From Bacteroidaceae bacterium (lineage in GTDB: Bacteria > Bacteroidota > Bacteroidia > Bacteroidales > Bacteroidaceae): a stretch of 64,000 nt of DNA. Under the pieces are notes generated by a model. That model saw only the letters and a list, made by a program, of their open reading frames with translations. It had not been told where the DNA came from and searched no databases. The position numbers and the translations under genes were made by a program. Location of the stretch: contig JBGUVX010000032.1 in the NCBI GenBank assembly GCA_045220575.1, positions 4,055 to 68,054 on the forward strand, in the 5' to 3' direction. Below are positions 17,494 through 28,227 of this stretch, in pieces (position 1 is the stretch's first letter; every line of letters starts with the position of its first letter).

Positions 17494-17788
17494 GGTTCGG
17501 ATTACTGCCATTCGCCAGACGGTCTATACAGACTTGATGGCGAAATATGAGAACCCTATTGAGCACACTTGCGATGTCAGGGAGGGACAACAGTGGGTTT
17601 CCATAGACGGAGCACGCCCAAAGGGGATGTGTCCCGAAGCTTGGTCTTCCATGCGCAAGTTTGTGGAGTCTCTGGCAAAGGGCGAAGGTAATTTCTACGA
17701 AGGATGGATGAAGAACCCCATGAGTGCAATGATTAGCTGCAACGACGGTTTCCGTCCTTTCAGTTTTTACATCGAAGCTATTGAGTGA
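17486..17788 (+). CDS. TIGR04076-family small protein
   Basis: 100 aa. KVRITAI..., PKGMCPEAW and ISCNDGFRPFSFYIE match the family as I recall it. 8-nt overlap with the upstream gene. Confidence 0.65.
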   Translation: MNKVRITAIRQTVYTDLMAKYENPIEHTCDVREGQQWVSIDGARPKGMCPEAWSSMRKFVESLAKGEGNFYEGWMKNPMSAMISCNDGFRPFSFYIEAIE

Positions 17789-17793
17789 TTACT

Positions 17794-19353
17794 ATGTTTA
17801 TATTTGAGAAGAACGGACTATTGCATAGATTCATGCTGCTGGCAACAGCTTTGCTGGTATTCGCAGAGGCAAGGCTATCCGCCACGGATGTCATCCCCCT
17901 GCGCAGTTGCAGGATGGGAACACCCAATCCCCAGTTTTCGCCCCGTCGTGCCAAGGCTATGACAAACGGCGAGAACCCATATATCGGCCAACGCCGTCAG
18001 TTGGTTATTTTGGCTTCCTTCCAAGATCAGGACTTCATCGGAGAACCTGAAGCCACGCTGCAGACGTGGAACAATATCTTAAATGCCGAGGACTTCACCG
18101 AAGGCCAGTTTGCAGGCTCGGTTCGCGACTATTTCCTGGCACAAAGTTACGGACTATTTGACCTGACATTCGACCTTGTGATGGTGACACTGCCCGATGT
18201 GCGCTATAAATATCGCAGTACTGACGATGATGAAAACTCGCAATACATGGTTGACGACATCATAGATGTCTTGCAAAATGAGCCGATAAACTGGAGCATA
18301 TACGACTGGGACGGCGACGGCTTCGTAAATCAACTGCTCATCATCTATGCAGGAAAAGGTATGAATGCTGGTGGTGGCAGCAACACCATTTGGCCCCACC
18401 AGTGGTGGCTCAGTCAGCACATGAACCTTGAGACGGAAGATCCCAACGATTTCCGCAGTTACCGCACCGTATTCAGCGGTAACAAAGAATACATCATCGA
18501 CTGCTATTGCTGTGTGCAGGAATATGTGAATCATGGTGACGTTCAGAGCTCGTTTGGAACTCTCTGCCACGAGTACAGCCATTGTTTCGGATTCCCCGAC
18601 TTCTATTATGATGGCGGAACACAGGTGGTGAGCACCTGGGACCTCATGGACTACGGAAACTACAATGAGCACGGATTCCGCCCCACTGGCTATTCGGCTC
18701 ACGAGCGCATGCTAATGGGGTGGCTCACACCTACGGAACTCACCGAAGCCACCACTATCACCGATCTGCCTGCCCTGTGCGACGAGCCACAGGCCTATCT
18801 CATCCGCAACGATGGTGCAGAAAACGAATTCTTCATCATCGAGAACCGCCAGCAGAGCGGTTGGGACCTGCGACTGCCAGGCAGTGGCATCGTCATCTTC
18901 CACATCGACTACGACAAGGAGATATGGGAGGGAACCACCTCTGTTCCCAATAGCTACGCGAAAAAACGCTATAGCATTTTCCCTGCCAACAACGGAACCA
19001 GTATATATAGACGTCAAAGTTGGGCCTACCCATATATCGTGAAAGGCAGTCAGGACAATGATTCGGTGGCAAATAACTGCTTGACCAACACATCAAAGCC
19101 CGCCGCTACGTTGAACAATGCAAATGCCGACGGAGAATACCTGATGTCGAAACCCATCACCCAGATGTCTGTTGACGCGAACGGTATGGCAAGCTTCGTC
19201 TTCATGGACGAGACAACAGGAATATCAGAGTTTCCAAAGCAATCAGAGCATCCCGACAGAAAATGGTACACCCCCGACGGTTGCAGGCTCAGCTACAAGC
19301 CTACCTCCAAGGGCGTGTATATACATAAAGGAAACAAAGTCGTGATTAAGTAA
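17794..19353 (+). CDS. M6-family (InhA-like) metalloprotease with a T9SS C-terminal sorting domain
   Basis: The track start at 17785 is GTG; the ATG is at 17794. Contains HExxH in LCHEYSHCFGFPDFY and a T9SS-type C-terminal tail (KGVYIHKGNKVVIK). Confidence 0.8.
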   Translation: MFIFEKNGLLHRFMLLATALLVFAEARLSATDVIPLRSCRMGTPNPQFSPRRAKAMTNGENPYIGQRRQLVILASFQDQDFIGEPEATLQTWNNILNAEDFTEGQFAGSVRDYFLAQSYGLFDLTFDLVMVTLPDVRYKYRSTDDDENSQYMVDDIIDVLQNEPINWSIYDWDGDGFVNQLLIIYAGKGMNAGGGSNTIWPHQWWLSQHMNLETEDPNDFRSYRTVFSGNKEYIIDCYCCVQEYVNHGDVQSSFGTLCHEYSHCFGFPDFYYDGGTQVVSTWDLMDYGNYNEHGFRPTGYSAHERMLMGWLTPTELTEATTITDLPALCDEPQAYLIRNDGAENEFFIIENRQQSGWDLRLPGSGIVIFHIDYDKEIWEGTTSVPNSYAKKRYSIFPANNGTSIYRRQSWAYPYIVKGSQDNDSVANNCLTNTSKPAATLNNANADGEYLMSKPITQMSVDANGMASFVFMDETTGISEFPKQSEHPDRKWYTPDGCRLSYKPTSKGVYIHKGNKVVIK

Positions 19354-19379
19354 CATGATTAAATGATGACACCCACAAA

Positions 19380-20588
19380 ATGATAATGGCTATGCGAAAA
19401 GTCTGTTTCTGCCTTTTTATACTGATGAGTTGTCTGCCTCCCCTTTCCTTGGAAGCCAAGCCCAAAGCCAAGCATCCAGAAATCCCCATCTTGGCCTGGT
19501 TCAGCATTCCTGATGGGAAATATGCCACAAAGGAACAATATCAGGCATTGAAAGATTGCGGATTCACCCTCTCGTTCTCTCACATCTATACCTATGAAGG
19601 GGCTATGCGAGCCCTGAATCTTTGTGCCAAGGTGGGTATGAAGTCCATCTTCATGTGCCCGGAACTGGAGAAAAAGCCTGAGGAGACAGTGAGGAAAGTA
19701 AAGAAACATCCTGGACTGGGAGGCTATTTCCTACGAGATGAGCCCCAAAACGATGCCATGAAAGCACTGGGAGAATGGGCACGGCGCATACAAAGCGTGG
19801 ACAAGAAACACCCCTGCTACCTGAACCTGTTGCCCGTTCAAGGAATGCCAGAAGGGACCTACAAGGAGCATCTGCGACTTTTCAACGAATTGACTCCCCT
19901 GCCCCAACTCTCTTACGACCACTATCCCGTGAAAGCCAACGAGAAAGGCGAAGTGAACCTAAACACCACATTCTATCAGAATCTGGAAATGGTTGCAGCG
20001 GAAGGAAAGCGGACGGAAAAGCCCTTCTGGGCCTTTGCCTTATCGACGGCACATGGCTCTTACCCCATCCCCACCATAGAACATCTTCGTCTGCAGATGT
20101 ATAGCAATTTGGCCTACGGAGCCCAGGTGCTACAGTATTTCACTTACTGGAATCCTGGCACAGAAACGTGGGACTTTCACCAAGCTCCCGTGACAGCAGA
20201 AGGCTTGCGCAGCACTGTCTATGAGCTGGTGCGAGAGTTCAACCAAGAAATCCAACAACGGGCCTTCGTATGGGCTGGTTGCAAGATGGAGTCAGTCTTT
20301 CATTTGGGCGAGAATATTCCCAAGGGAACAAGCCGTCTCACTACCCTGCCCCCGCACTTTAATCAACTAAGCGTCGAAAAAGGTTCTATCCTTATATCCA
20401 CGCTGACAAACGGTAGCAAGCATTACATACAAGTAGTGAATACAAGTCCCTCACAGTCTGCACAATTCCGACTGGTCACCGACAACAAGGTCAGCCTTGT
20501 CCGTCGCGATGGCAGCCGACAACAAGCCAGTCTTTATGATTCGCTACACATACTTGCTCCTGGCGACACCGAGATTTACGGCTATTGA
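19380..20588 (+). CDS. Secreted hypothetical protein, possibly a TIM-barrel glycoside hydrolase-like fold
   Basis: 402 aa with a signal peptide. The functional guess rests only on a loose resemblance (GGYFLRDEPQ, YDHYP, FTYWNP) to GH42-like N-domains. Confidence 0.5.
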   Translation: MIMAMRKVCFCLFILMSCLPPLSLEAKPKAKHPEIPILAWFSIPDGKYATKEQYQALKDCGFTLSFSHIYTYEGAMRALNLCAKVGMKSIFMCPELEKKPEETVRKVKKHPGLGGYFLRDEPQNDAMKALGEWARRIQSVDKKHPCYLNLLPVQGMPEGTYKEHLRLFNELTPLPQLSYDHYPVKANEKGEVNLNTTFYQNLEMVAAEGKRTEKPFWAFALSTAHGSYPIPTIEHLRLQMYSNLAYGAQVLQYFTYWNPGTETWDFHQAPVTAEGLRSTVYELVREFNQEIQQRAFVWAGCKMESVFHLGENIPKGTSRLTTLPPHFNQLSVEKGSILISTLTNGSKHYIQVVNTSPSQSAQFRLVTDNKVSLVRRDGSRQQASLYDSLHILAPGDTEIYGY

Positions 20589-20589
20589 A

Positions 20590-21522
20590 TTATAGTATCG
20601 ATTCTCCAAGAAAGAACAGGCTGACACCAACGACAGATATGACGGCTCCAATGATGGCACGCCATGTGATTCTTTCGTGGAAAAGCCACCAAGCGGGAAG
20701 AAGGATGATGATGGGTGTCATAGCCATCAGCGTGGAAGCAATGCCGGCAGCCGTGTATTGAACAGCCATCAGCGAAAAACCGACGCCTACAAAGGGACCG
20801 AAGATGGTTGTGGCGATGGCCACCGTGAGGCCTTTCCTATCGCGAACAGCATGACGCAACGGTTCCAGTCCATCGCGGAAATATAGCAACACCGAAAAAC
20901 CGATAATGCCAGCAACACAACGATAGAAGTTGGCACTGAAAGGCACAAGCCATTCGGGCATTCCACTAACAGGAACGTAATGGTCCATGCCGACTTTGCT
21001 GAGCACAAGCCCAATACCCTGACACAATGCTGCACCAATGGCAAAGAGGATGCCGTTGAGCGGCAAGCGTAGAGAAATCCTATGGTGCTCGCCTCGTCCG
21101 AGGATGGAGATGCTTATACCAAAGAGCGTCACCAACATAGCTACAATGTTCATCGGTGTCATCTGCTGACCCAACGCAATCCAAGCCGTCAGTGCTGCCG
21201 AAAGGGGCGCAAGCGTCATAAACAGCTGGCCAAAGCGCGAACCGATGATGATGTAGCACTGAAACAAGCAGAAGTCGCCAATCACATAGCCCACACAACC
21301 CGACAACAACATCCAGCCAATAGCTTCCGACGAAGCTCCCGGAGGCAACGGACTCCCAGTTACTACCATGAACAATAGCAGCGAGAACGACAATGCCAAT
21401 GCCATACGCAGCACGTTCAGCGTAAGATTGCCCAAACGCTTGCTGCCAAACTCACTCAGCAACGCCGTTGCCGTCCATGAGAATGCTACGCCTATCGATA
21501 TCAGTTCACCTATGTATGCCAT
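20590..21522 (-). CDS. EamA/DMT-family transporter
   Basis: 10-TM pattern with duplicated EamA halves. I start it at the ATG at 21522 (MAYIGELISIG) because a -7 box (21566-21573) lies inside the longer track ORF that runs to 21618. Confidence 0.8.
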   Translation of the reverse strand: MAYIGELISIGVAFSWTATALLSEFGSKRLGNLTLNVLRMALALSFSLLLFMVVTGSPLPPGASSEAIGWMLLSGCVGYVIGDFCLFQCYIIIGSRFGQLFMTLAPLSAALTAWIALGQQMTPMNIVAMLVTLFGISISILGRGEHHRISLRLPLNGILFAIGAALCQGIGLVLSKVGMDHYVPVSGMPEWLVPFSANFYRCVAGIIGFSVLLYFRDGLEPLRHAVRDRKGLTVAIATTIFGPFVGVGFSLMAVQYTAAGIASTLMAMTPIIILLPAWWLFHERITWRAIIGAVISVVGVSLFFLGESIL

Positions 21523-21565
21523 TATCCTCTTGAAAATGAAGTATATCTGTTGGGAAAAGCCGCTG

Positions 21566-21573
21566 CAAAAATA
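21566..21573 (-). promoter_or_regulatory. -7 box TATTTTTG for the EamA transporter gene
   Basis: Reverse complement of CAAAAATA; 44 nt upstream of the ATG at 21522. Confidence 0.5.
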
Positions 21574-21668
21574 CACTTTTCCCGACAAACTCTTATGATT
21601 TCGACGCATTATTTTCATCTAATCGACTATTTTCTGAAGTTTTCGGGCTGTATTAGGGGTAGATTATG

Positions 21669-21676
21669 TATCTTTG
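21669..21676 (+). promoter_or_regulatory. -7 box TATCTTTG for the ccsA-like gene
   Basis: Perfect TAnnTTTG, 4 nt before the ATG at 21681. Confidence 0.5.
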
Positions 21677-21680
21677 CACT

Positions 21681-22862
21681 ATGAAACGCAAACTTCCGTT
21701 TATCCTGTTAGGTATTGTGGCAATGGTCATTGCCGCAGCCACATTTGTAGAGAATCGTCTGGGCACTCACTATGTTCTGCAGAACATCTACGGCGCATGG
21801 TGGTTCATCTTGCTATGGGGGCTGACTGCCATAACCGGATGCTGGCTTTTGTTGAAGAAAAGGATGTGGAAACGCATGCCTGTCATGCTTTTGCACGTAA
21901 GCCTCCTTATCATCCTGGCTGGAGCGCTCACGACTCACATCACCAGCAAGAAAGGGATGATGCACCTGCGCAAAGGGGAGGTCAGCCGTACATACTGGAC
22001 AAAAAACGAACTGGGCTACTACACCTTGACAGAGGAAATGCCATTTTATCTGGCACTCAACGAATTCAAGGTCATGTACGATGCCGACGGCGTGACGCCC
22101 AGCGACTATGTCAGCAAAGTGGTAATTGCCACTACGGAAGGAGAAGAGCAGACGACCATCTCCATGAACAACATCGGACGCGTCAAGGGCTATCGCATCT
22201 ATCAGACTTCCTTCGATGACGATTTGGGCGGAAGCACCTTCACCATTAGCTACGACCCGTGGGGAACGGCCATCACGTATGCCGGCTATCTGCTGCTGGC
22301 CATCAGCATGATTCTTGTTTCGTTGAAAAAGAAGCAGCACACTACCCTCATTAGCAAAGCATCAGCTGCCGACACTCAACTCGACAAAGCCAAGAAGCGC
22401 TTCGGCGGCGAGAAGTTCTCCATTATTTTGCTGGCGTTCTGTGGAATTGTCATGGCTTCGTATATGGTGATAGCCATTTGCATGAGGCCACTGGTTCCCG
22501 TGCTGCGTTCCCCGTACCTTGTTGTTCACGTGGGCTCTATTATGCTCAGCTACATTCTGCTGGTAGTGAGCATCGTACGCCGCAGTCTATTGCGCCCTGC
22601 CGTATTCCTGTTGGCTACGGGAATCTTCCTTGGGGCCGTATGGGCTAATGTGTCATGGGGCACTTACTGGAGCTGGGACCCGAAGGAAAGCTGGGCACTT
22701 GTTACCTTATTAATATATAGTCTGCCACTGCACTCCGAGAGTCTTCCATGGTTCCGTTCCGAACGAAACTACAGACTCTACTCACTCCTGGCACTGGCCT
22801 CACTCCTGATGACTTATTTCGGAGTGAACTTCCTGTTAGGAGGGTTGCACAGCTACACTTGA
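21681..22862 (+). CDS. ccsA: Cytochrome c biogenesis protein, CcsA/ResC-like (WWD motif)
   Basis: Polytopic membrane protein with WGTYWSWDPKESWAL (tryptophan-rich heme-handling motif). The ATG at 21681 lies 5 nt after a -7 box. Confidence 0.7.
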   Translation: MKRKLPFILLGIVAMVIAAATFVENRLGTHYVLQNIYGAWWFILLWGLTAITGCWLLLKKRMWKRMPVMLLHVSLLIILAGALTTHITSKKGMMHLRKGEVSRTYWTKNELGYYTLTEEMPFYLALNEFKVMYDADGVTPSDYVSKVVIATTEGEEQTTISMNNIGRVKGYRIYQTSFDDDLGGSTFTISYDPWGTAITYAGYLLLAISMILVSLKKKQHTTLISKASAADTQLDKAKKRFGGEKFSIILLAFCGIVMASYMVIAICMRPLVPVLRSPYLVVHVGSIMLSYILLVVSIVRRSLLRPAVFLLATGIFLGAVWANVSWGTYWSWDPKESWALVTLLIYSLPLHSESLPWFRSERNYRLYSLLALASLLMTYFGVNFLLGGLHSYT

Positions 22863-22873
22863 TTTCCTTTCCC

Positions 22874-24337
22874 TTAGCGCTTTGAATAAGCAAAACGAAG
22901 CGTAGCGAGGACGGTAACGACAGAGGCAAAGACGAGTGACAGCCAATAGTTGAGACCCAGAATGGTGGGAGATACGAAGAAGAAGTCCGTAACCACCATT
23001 GTCATGAACATGGCTGGCAGCAGGGTCATCCAATAGCATTTGTGCTCCTGACGGAGATAGACGGTACACATCCACAGGGTGATGGCAGCCATCACCTGAG
23101 TTCCCCAAGCCACATACTGCCACACGGTGCCGAAGCCCGAAGGATTGCCTATCTGCCAAGCCAGCAGGGCGATGCCCACGGCAAAGACGGGCAACGAGAG
23201 TAACAAGCGGCTGCGCACGGAAGTCTGGGACCAGCCAAAAGCTTCGGAAAGGATGAGACGTGCGGCGCGGAACGACGAACCACCCGTGGTGATGGGGGCT
23301 GCCACAATGCCCAACAGCGCCAGAATGCTGCCTGCAACACCCAACCAACTATGGCACACGATGTTGACCACCGTGGGTGCATCGAAGAACTGAATGAGGG
23401 TGAGATCCGACTGACCCGTGAAGGCAGCCACCGTTTCGGGTGTACAAACCTGGCGCCAACCGTCAGCAAAGAAGAAGTAGCTGCTGATGGTAGCCCAGAC
23501 CAAGGCAACAATGCCCTCCGTAATCATGGCACCGTAGAAAACGGCTCGTCCCTGACGTTCCGACTTCATGCAACGAGCCATCATGGGCGACTGCGTGGCA
23601 TGGAAACCACTGACCGCTCCACAGGCAATGGTCACGAACAAGGCGGGGAAGATAGTTTGCTTCAGTCCGAAGCGTGCCTGCCCCCAGTTGCCCAGTCCGT
23701 CCCACACCTCGGGCAGTACAGGATGCTTGATGATGAGCACCACGCCCAAGGCCAGCACCATGAACAACATAGAAAGGGCAAAGAGGGGATAGATGCGACC
23801 GATAACCTTGTCGATGGGCATCATCGTGGTAGCAACGTAATAGGCAAAGATGATGAACACCCACATCATCTTCTCGCCCCAGATGCCACTGAGGATGATG
23901 GCTGGACAATAGACGAAGAAGGCGCCCACGAGCATCATCATCATCATGGTGAACACCACAAGTCCCTTGCGGGCGGCAGAACCCAGATAACGGCCCGTCA
24001 GTTCGGGCAGGCTCTGTCCGTCGTGGCGCAGCGAGAGCATACCACTCAGGTAGTCGTGCGTGGCACCGCCAAAGATGCAACCCAGCACAATCCACAGGTA
24101 GGCAGAAGGCCCGAACCACATGCCCATGATGGCACCGAAGATGGGACCTGTCCCTGCGATATTCAAGAACTGTATCATGAAGATGCGCCAGCCGGGCAAT
24201 ACGATATAGTCGATTCCATCAGCCTTTCTGATGGCTGGTGTTTCACGGTCGTCCGGACCGAACACACGCTCCACCACCCTACCATATACCATGTAGCCCA
24301 CAATCAAGGCCAGCAAACTAATCAAGAACGATACCAT
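22874..24337 (-). CDS. cstA: Carbon starvation protein A (peptide/pyruvate transporter family)
   Basis: 487 aa. N-terminal GRVVERVFGPDD and FLNIAGTGPIFGAIMG are typical of CstA. Confidence 0.85.
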   Translation of the reverse strand: MVSFLISLLALIVGYMVYGRVVERVFGPDDRETPAIRKADGIDYIVLPGWRIFMIQFLNIAGTGPIFGAIMGMWFGPSAYLWIVLGCIFGGATHDYLSGMLSLRHDGQSLPELTGRYLGSAARKGLVVFTMMMMMLVGAFFVYCPAIILSGIWGEKMMWVFIIFAYYVATTMMPIDKVIGRIYPLFALSMLFMVLALGVVLIIKHPVLPEVWDGLGNWGQARFGLKQTIFPALFVTIACGAVSGFHATQSPMMARCMKSERQGRAVFYGAMITEGIVALVWATISSYFFFADGWRQVCTPETVAAFTGQSDLTLIQFFDAPTVVNIVCHSWLGVAGSILALLGIVAAPITTGGSSFRAARLILSEAFGWSQTSVRSRLLLSLPVFAVGIALLAWQIGNPSGFGTVWQYVAWGTQVMAAITLWMCTVYLRQEHKCYWMTLLPAMFMTMVVTDFFFVSPTILGLNYWLSLVFASVVTVLATLRFAYSKR

Positions 24338-24372
24338 CTCTTTACCTTATTTATATAATACTGTTTCGCGAA

Positions 24373-25572
24373 TCAGCTATTAATGCTTTCGTTTGAGGAC
24401 GAATTATTTACCCCCCCCCATTTCTTTTGGTTGCGATAGAACGACTGCATGGAATCATAGCCCGAACGATGCGCCACCTCAGTCATTGACAAATTGGGCT
24501 GATGATGATGCAACTCGTTGGCATGGGAGATACGCCGACAGTTGACATAGTCCGAGAACGTGGCTCCGATGACCCGATTGAAGGCCATCGATATGTATTT
24601 CACGTTCGTCCCCAGCTTTTCCGCAACATCACTGACCCGAAGGTCTGGCTTCAAGTAGAATTCCTCCTTCGTCATCAATTCTTCGATTTGACGTGCCAAC
24701 AACGCAATCTTAGAAGTCATCTCCTCATCAGTCTCTACCGCTTCATCTAAATCGTCATGTATCTCCTGCCGATGCTCGGCCTGGAAGTCGGCAAAAGAGA
24801 ACATGGAGCGACTTCCGATATAGCAAACCAAATAAAGCATGATGGAGAATACGACGGAGGGTATGGCCAACAGCGAGACAGACTCCTGAAAGAACTGACG
24901 TCCGACGACGATAGATACCGAAGACAGGAGAGAAGCGAACACAAACACCATGAGCATAACATGCACAGGACGAAGGGTTCGGCCTTCCAAATCGGCATAC
25001 ATCTGAGCCATTCGGTGCTCAAAATTGTGAAGATGCTTGAATCCAAGCCAGCCTATCAGCATCACATTCCACAGGAACACCAACTTGAAGAACTGATGAG
25101 TCCAAGCCAAAGCAACACCAATACTCGACATCTGAGTGAAGCTTTCCTGATAAATATATTTCTCGATGAAATCGAGCGTTTCCGCCTCATCCATGCATGC
25201 ATACAGCACAGCATACAACACCCCACAGAGCACGCTGGGCAACAGCGTCAGCCAATGACGGGGAAGCAGACGACCTTGGGTCAGTTGCACGATATACAGG
25301 AAATACATGGGATAGACGGCAAGGTTTGCCATACCATAAAGCGTGTCAGTGACAGGAATCAAATTATTGAAATGCAAGAAGAAAACAGCATGACCCGCAT
25401 AAAGCACAACAGCTGTCAGACAGAACACCAGCAGGCGGAATGTGACGGCTGAACGATTCAGCAAGTAATCCAGCAAAAGATGGAGTGCCCACATCGAACA
25501 CACCATAAAAGGTAGTATTGCAAAAAGAAACCTTGTCATAGCGGATGCAAAGATACTACTTTTTATCGTCAC
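24373..25572 (-). CDS. Membrane-anchored AraC-family transcriptional regulator
   Basis: Multi-TM N-terminal half plus a C-terminal AraC HTH (VSDVAEKLGTNVKYISMAFNR...VAHRSGYDSMQSFYRNQKK). The track start is GTG; an alternative ATG lies at 25539. Confidence 0.75.
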   Translation of the reverse strand: MTIKSSIFASAMTRFLFAILPFMVCSMWALHLLLDYLLNRSAVTFRLLVFCLTAVVLYAGHAVFFLHFNNLIPVTDTLYGMANLAVYPMYFLYIVQLTQGRLLPRHWLTLLPSVLCGVLYAVLYACMDEAETLDFIEKYIYQESFTQMSSIGVALAWTHQFFKLVFLWNVMLIGWLGFKHLHNFEHRMAQMYADLEGRTLRPVHVMLMVFVFASLLSSVSIVVGRQFFQESVSLLAIPSVVFSIMLYLVCYIGSRSMFSFADFQAEHRQEIHDDLDEAVETDEEMTSKIALLARQIEELMTKEEFYLKPDLRVSDVAEKLGTNVKYISMAFNRVIGATFSDYVNCRRISHANELHHHQPNLSMTEVAHRSGYDSMQSFYRNQKKWGGVNNSSSNESINS

Positions 25573-25673
25573 AAAATAAGAATATTCGTATCAATAATAG
25601 AAAAAGTGAAGGATTTCTCGATTTGAGACTATTATTTTCATGTTATAAGGTACAACGTACTACGCTTTCGCCT

Positions 25674-25681
25674 TAACTTTG
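25674..25681 (+). promoter_or_regulatory. -7 box TAACTTTG for the 773-aa lipoprotein gene
   Basis: Perfect TAnnTTTG, 31 nt before the ATG at 25713. Confidence 0.55.
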
Positions 25682-25712
25682 CGATATACTTTAATTATTA
25701 TTATTTAATAAC

Positions 25713-28034
25713 ATGCTTATGAAAAAGATGAATTCTTGGCTGCTTGCCAGCCTGTTCATGGGAGCAATGGCATTCAGTGCTTGCTCCAGCAGTGACGACA
25801 CTCCGAGTGGCGGTACCACTCCCAGCGTTCAGCCTGGTACACCCGTCAACCCTGCCAACATGAAGATGTCGGCTCTGTCGGGTTTCGTTAAAGATGCTTA
25901 TGGATATGCCCTGAAGGATGTAGAAGTCATTTCAGGTACAGAGACCACAAAGACCGATGCCAATGGTGGTTTCGTTCTGAACAGCGTGAACGCGCAGAAC
26001 GGCCGTACCGTTGTAAAGTTCCAGAAGGATGGCTACATGGAAATCGTGCGTGCTGCCGAGAAAGTAGACGGCGACGTATGGGAAGTTGTTATGGTTTCCA
26101 CTTGGGATACCGATATTGCCCTGAATCAAGCCTATTCTACGTCAAGTACAGGTCTTAGCAAGAACGGTATGTCGGTTAATTTGCAGGCCGATGGCTACAA
26201 GGTTGATGCCACAGGTTCTGCATTCAGCGGTCTGGTTAACCAGCAGATGTTGTATCTGAGTCCCGACAAAGAGAACTTTGGCGAGATGATGCCCGGTGGC
26301 GACTTGGCAGCTGTACGTAGCGGTGAGAACGGTGGTACTGCTGGCGAGCAGGTACAGCTCATTTCCTACGGTATGACCAAGGTTGACCTGACGGATGTTG
26401 CAAGCGGTCAGAAGCTGCAGTTGGCTGACGGCAAGCCCGCAACCCTGACTTTCCCCGTTCCTGAGAAGTTCAAGGACAACACTCCCGCTGAGATTCCCCT
26501 CTGGAGCTTCAACGAGACCACGGGTCTGTGGGAAGAGGAAGGTATTGCCACATACGATGCTGGTCAAAATGTTTACGTAGGTACTGTAACCCACTTCTCT
26601 TGGGTTAACCTCGACTATCCCGAAAGACGTGTTACCCTGAAGGTTATCGTGAAGGACGCAAATGGCAACGTAGTGCCCAACGTAAAGGTGGACATCGATG
26701 GTCAGAAGAACATCACCACCAACAACAAGGGTGAGGCCGAGACTTATGTGCCCAGAGCTACCGATTTCTATGTAACTATTCACTCTGAGGACTATGCCAA
26801 CTACCCCAACGAGGTGAAGGTTGAGGTTGAGCCTCTGTACGAGGACAAGACCGTCACCATCGAACTGCCCACGCTGGCACACATCAGCGGTAAGATTATC
26901 AACAAGGGCGAGGGTGGCAACATTGCTACTGTCTGGATTGAATACAACGGCAAGTCAACCAAGAAGGTGCACAGCGACGTCAATGGTCAGTTCTATCTGA
27001 ATGCACCTGCTGACTACGAGGGTGTAGCCGTACTGAAGGTTCGCACGGGCGACGGCAAGACCAAGTCCATCAACCTCGAGCTCAACGGCAAGGACCAGGC
27101 CTTCGAAATCACCGTCAACAGCGCAGTTGGCAACGGTGGAGCTGTCCAGCTCAAGTACCAAGATAAGACTTGGGACCTGACCATCGATCCTATAGATGAT
27201 GACGAACTGTATGGTGCTACCATCTTGGACGACGAATTCTATATCGAGCCCAACGAGCACCGTCAGGGTCAGGAGATAGACTGGGAAAAGGGTATCATCA
27301 TGTTCTACACAAGAATTGAGAAATTCAAGGACGGCGTAGCCCGCTACGACAGCATCGACTTTGGTGTTAACCGTCATGGTGGAGAATACGTTAGTGCAAA
27401 CGGCAGCGGTGCCGGTACGGTTACGAAGAGTGGCGACACGTATCGCATCCAGGCTGAAGTAAATGCACTCATCTACGCTGATGGTATTGAAAGTAGCGGC
27501 AAGAACGAAACCAACGGCACCATGAAGGTAGACGTGAGCATACCGTTGCTGTATAAGGCTGTTACCAAGAAGAACGTGAAGGCCGCTGACGTACCCAGCT
27601 TCGTTACCCTGCTTTCCGGTCGCAGCAACATTGCCGCCGTCATTACCGAAAGTGCTAAACTGGGTAAGGGCTGCTCTATTGTCTACGGCGACAGTACGCT
27701 GACCAGCAAAGACTTCAATACACTGAAGGAGGCTGCCAAGAAGCAGTTTGGCGAACCCATGTACGACTCGAACGCCGGTGGTCGCGAAGTAAGTGACGAC
27801 AACTATCAGGAAGTCAAGTTCTTCAAGGATGGCAAATATCTGTTTATAGCCTATAATCCTTGGGATAAGTGGGCAGACGAAGATTTAGATAACGTATATT
27901 TCAACTTCAACTATCCCAACGGACGCATCGGCATCATCGCTCTTCCTGCTGTAACCGTTCCCATTTCTGCCCTTGACTACTATGTAAAGGCAGAGCGCAA
28001 GGACTGGCAGCCCGTTTGGAGCAAGCGCAAGTAA
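25713..28034 (+). CDS. Large surface lipoprotein with carboxypeptidase-regulatory-like beta-sandwich repeats
   Basis: Lipobox (MAFSACSSSDD). Repeated G.V.D..G..L..V....T..TD.NG.F segments. 773 aa. Confidence 0.65.
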   Translation: MLMKKMNSWLLASLFMGAMAFSACSSSDDTPSGGTTPSVQPGTPVNPANMKMSALSGFVKDAYGYALKDVEVISGTETTKTDANGGFVLNSVNAQNGRTVVKFQKDGYMEIVRAAEKVDGDVWEVVMVSTWDTDIALNQAYSTSSTGLSKNGMSVNLQADGYKVDATGSAFSGLVNQQMLYLSPDKENFGEMMPGGDLAAVRSGENGGTAGEQVQLISYGMTKVDLTDVASGQKLQLADGKPATLTFPVPEKFKDNTPAEIPLWSFNETTGLWEEEGIATYDAGQNVYVGTVTHFSWVNLDYPERRVTLKVIVKDANGNVVPNVKVDIDGQKNITTNNKGEAETYVPRATDFYVTIHSEDYANYPNEVKVEVEPLYEDKTVTIELPTLAHISGKIINKGEGGNIATVWIEYNGKSTKKVHSDVNGQFYLNAPADYEGVAVLKVRTGDGKTKSINLELNGKDQAFEITVNSAVGNGGAVQLKYQDKTWDLTIDPIDDDELYGATILDDEFYIEPNEHRQGQEIDWEKGIIMFYTRIEKFKDGVARYDSIDFGVNRHGGEYVSANGSGAGTVTKSGDTYRIQAEVNALIYADGIESSGKNETNGTMKVDVSIPLLYKAVTKKNVKAADVPSFVTLLSGRSNIAAVITESAKLGKGCSIVYGDSTLTSKDFNTLKEAAKKQFGEPMYDSNAGGREVSDDNYQEVKFFKDGKYLFIAYNPWDKWADEDLDNVYFNFNYPNGRIGIIALPAVTVPISALDYYVKAERKDWQPVWSKRK

Positions 28035-28227
28035 AAAATATCATTAACTCTTGTTTATAGTGAGAGGGGGGTGTTCCTTAGTGGGCATCCCCTTCTTCGT
28101 GCCCTTTGGTCAGGGTGCGGAAGGGATAAGGACGAACGACTGGTCTGCCGTGCCTCGGCTCGAAGCGTGCCGACATCTTCACGAAGACGACGCATTGACT
28201 CCCAGACAGCGACAGGACGTTCAGGAA

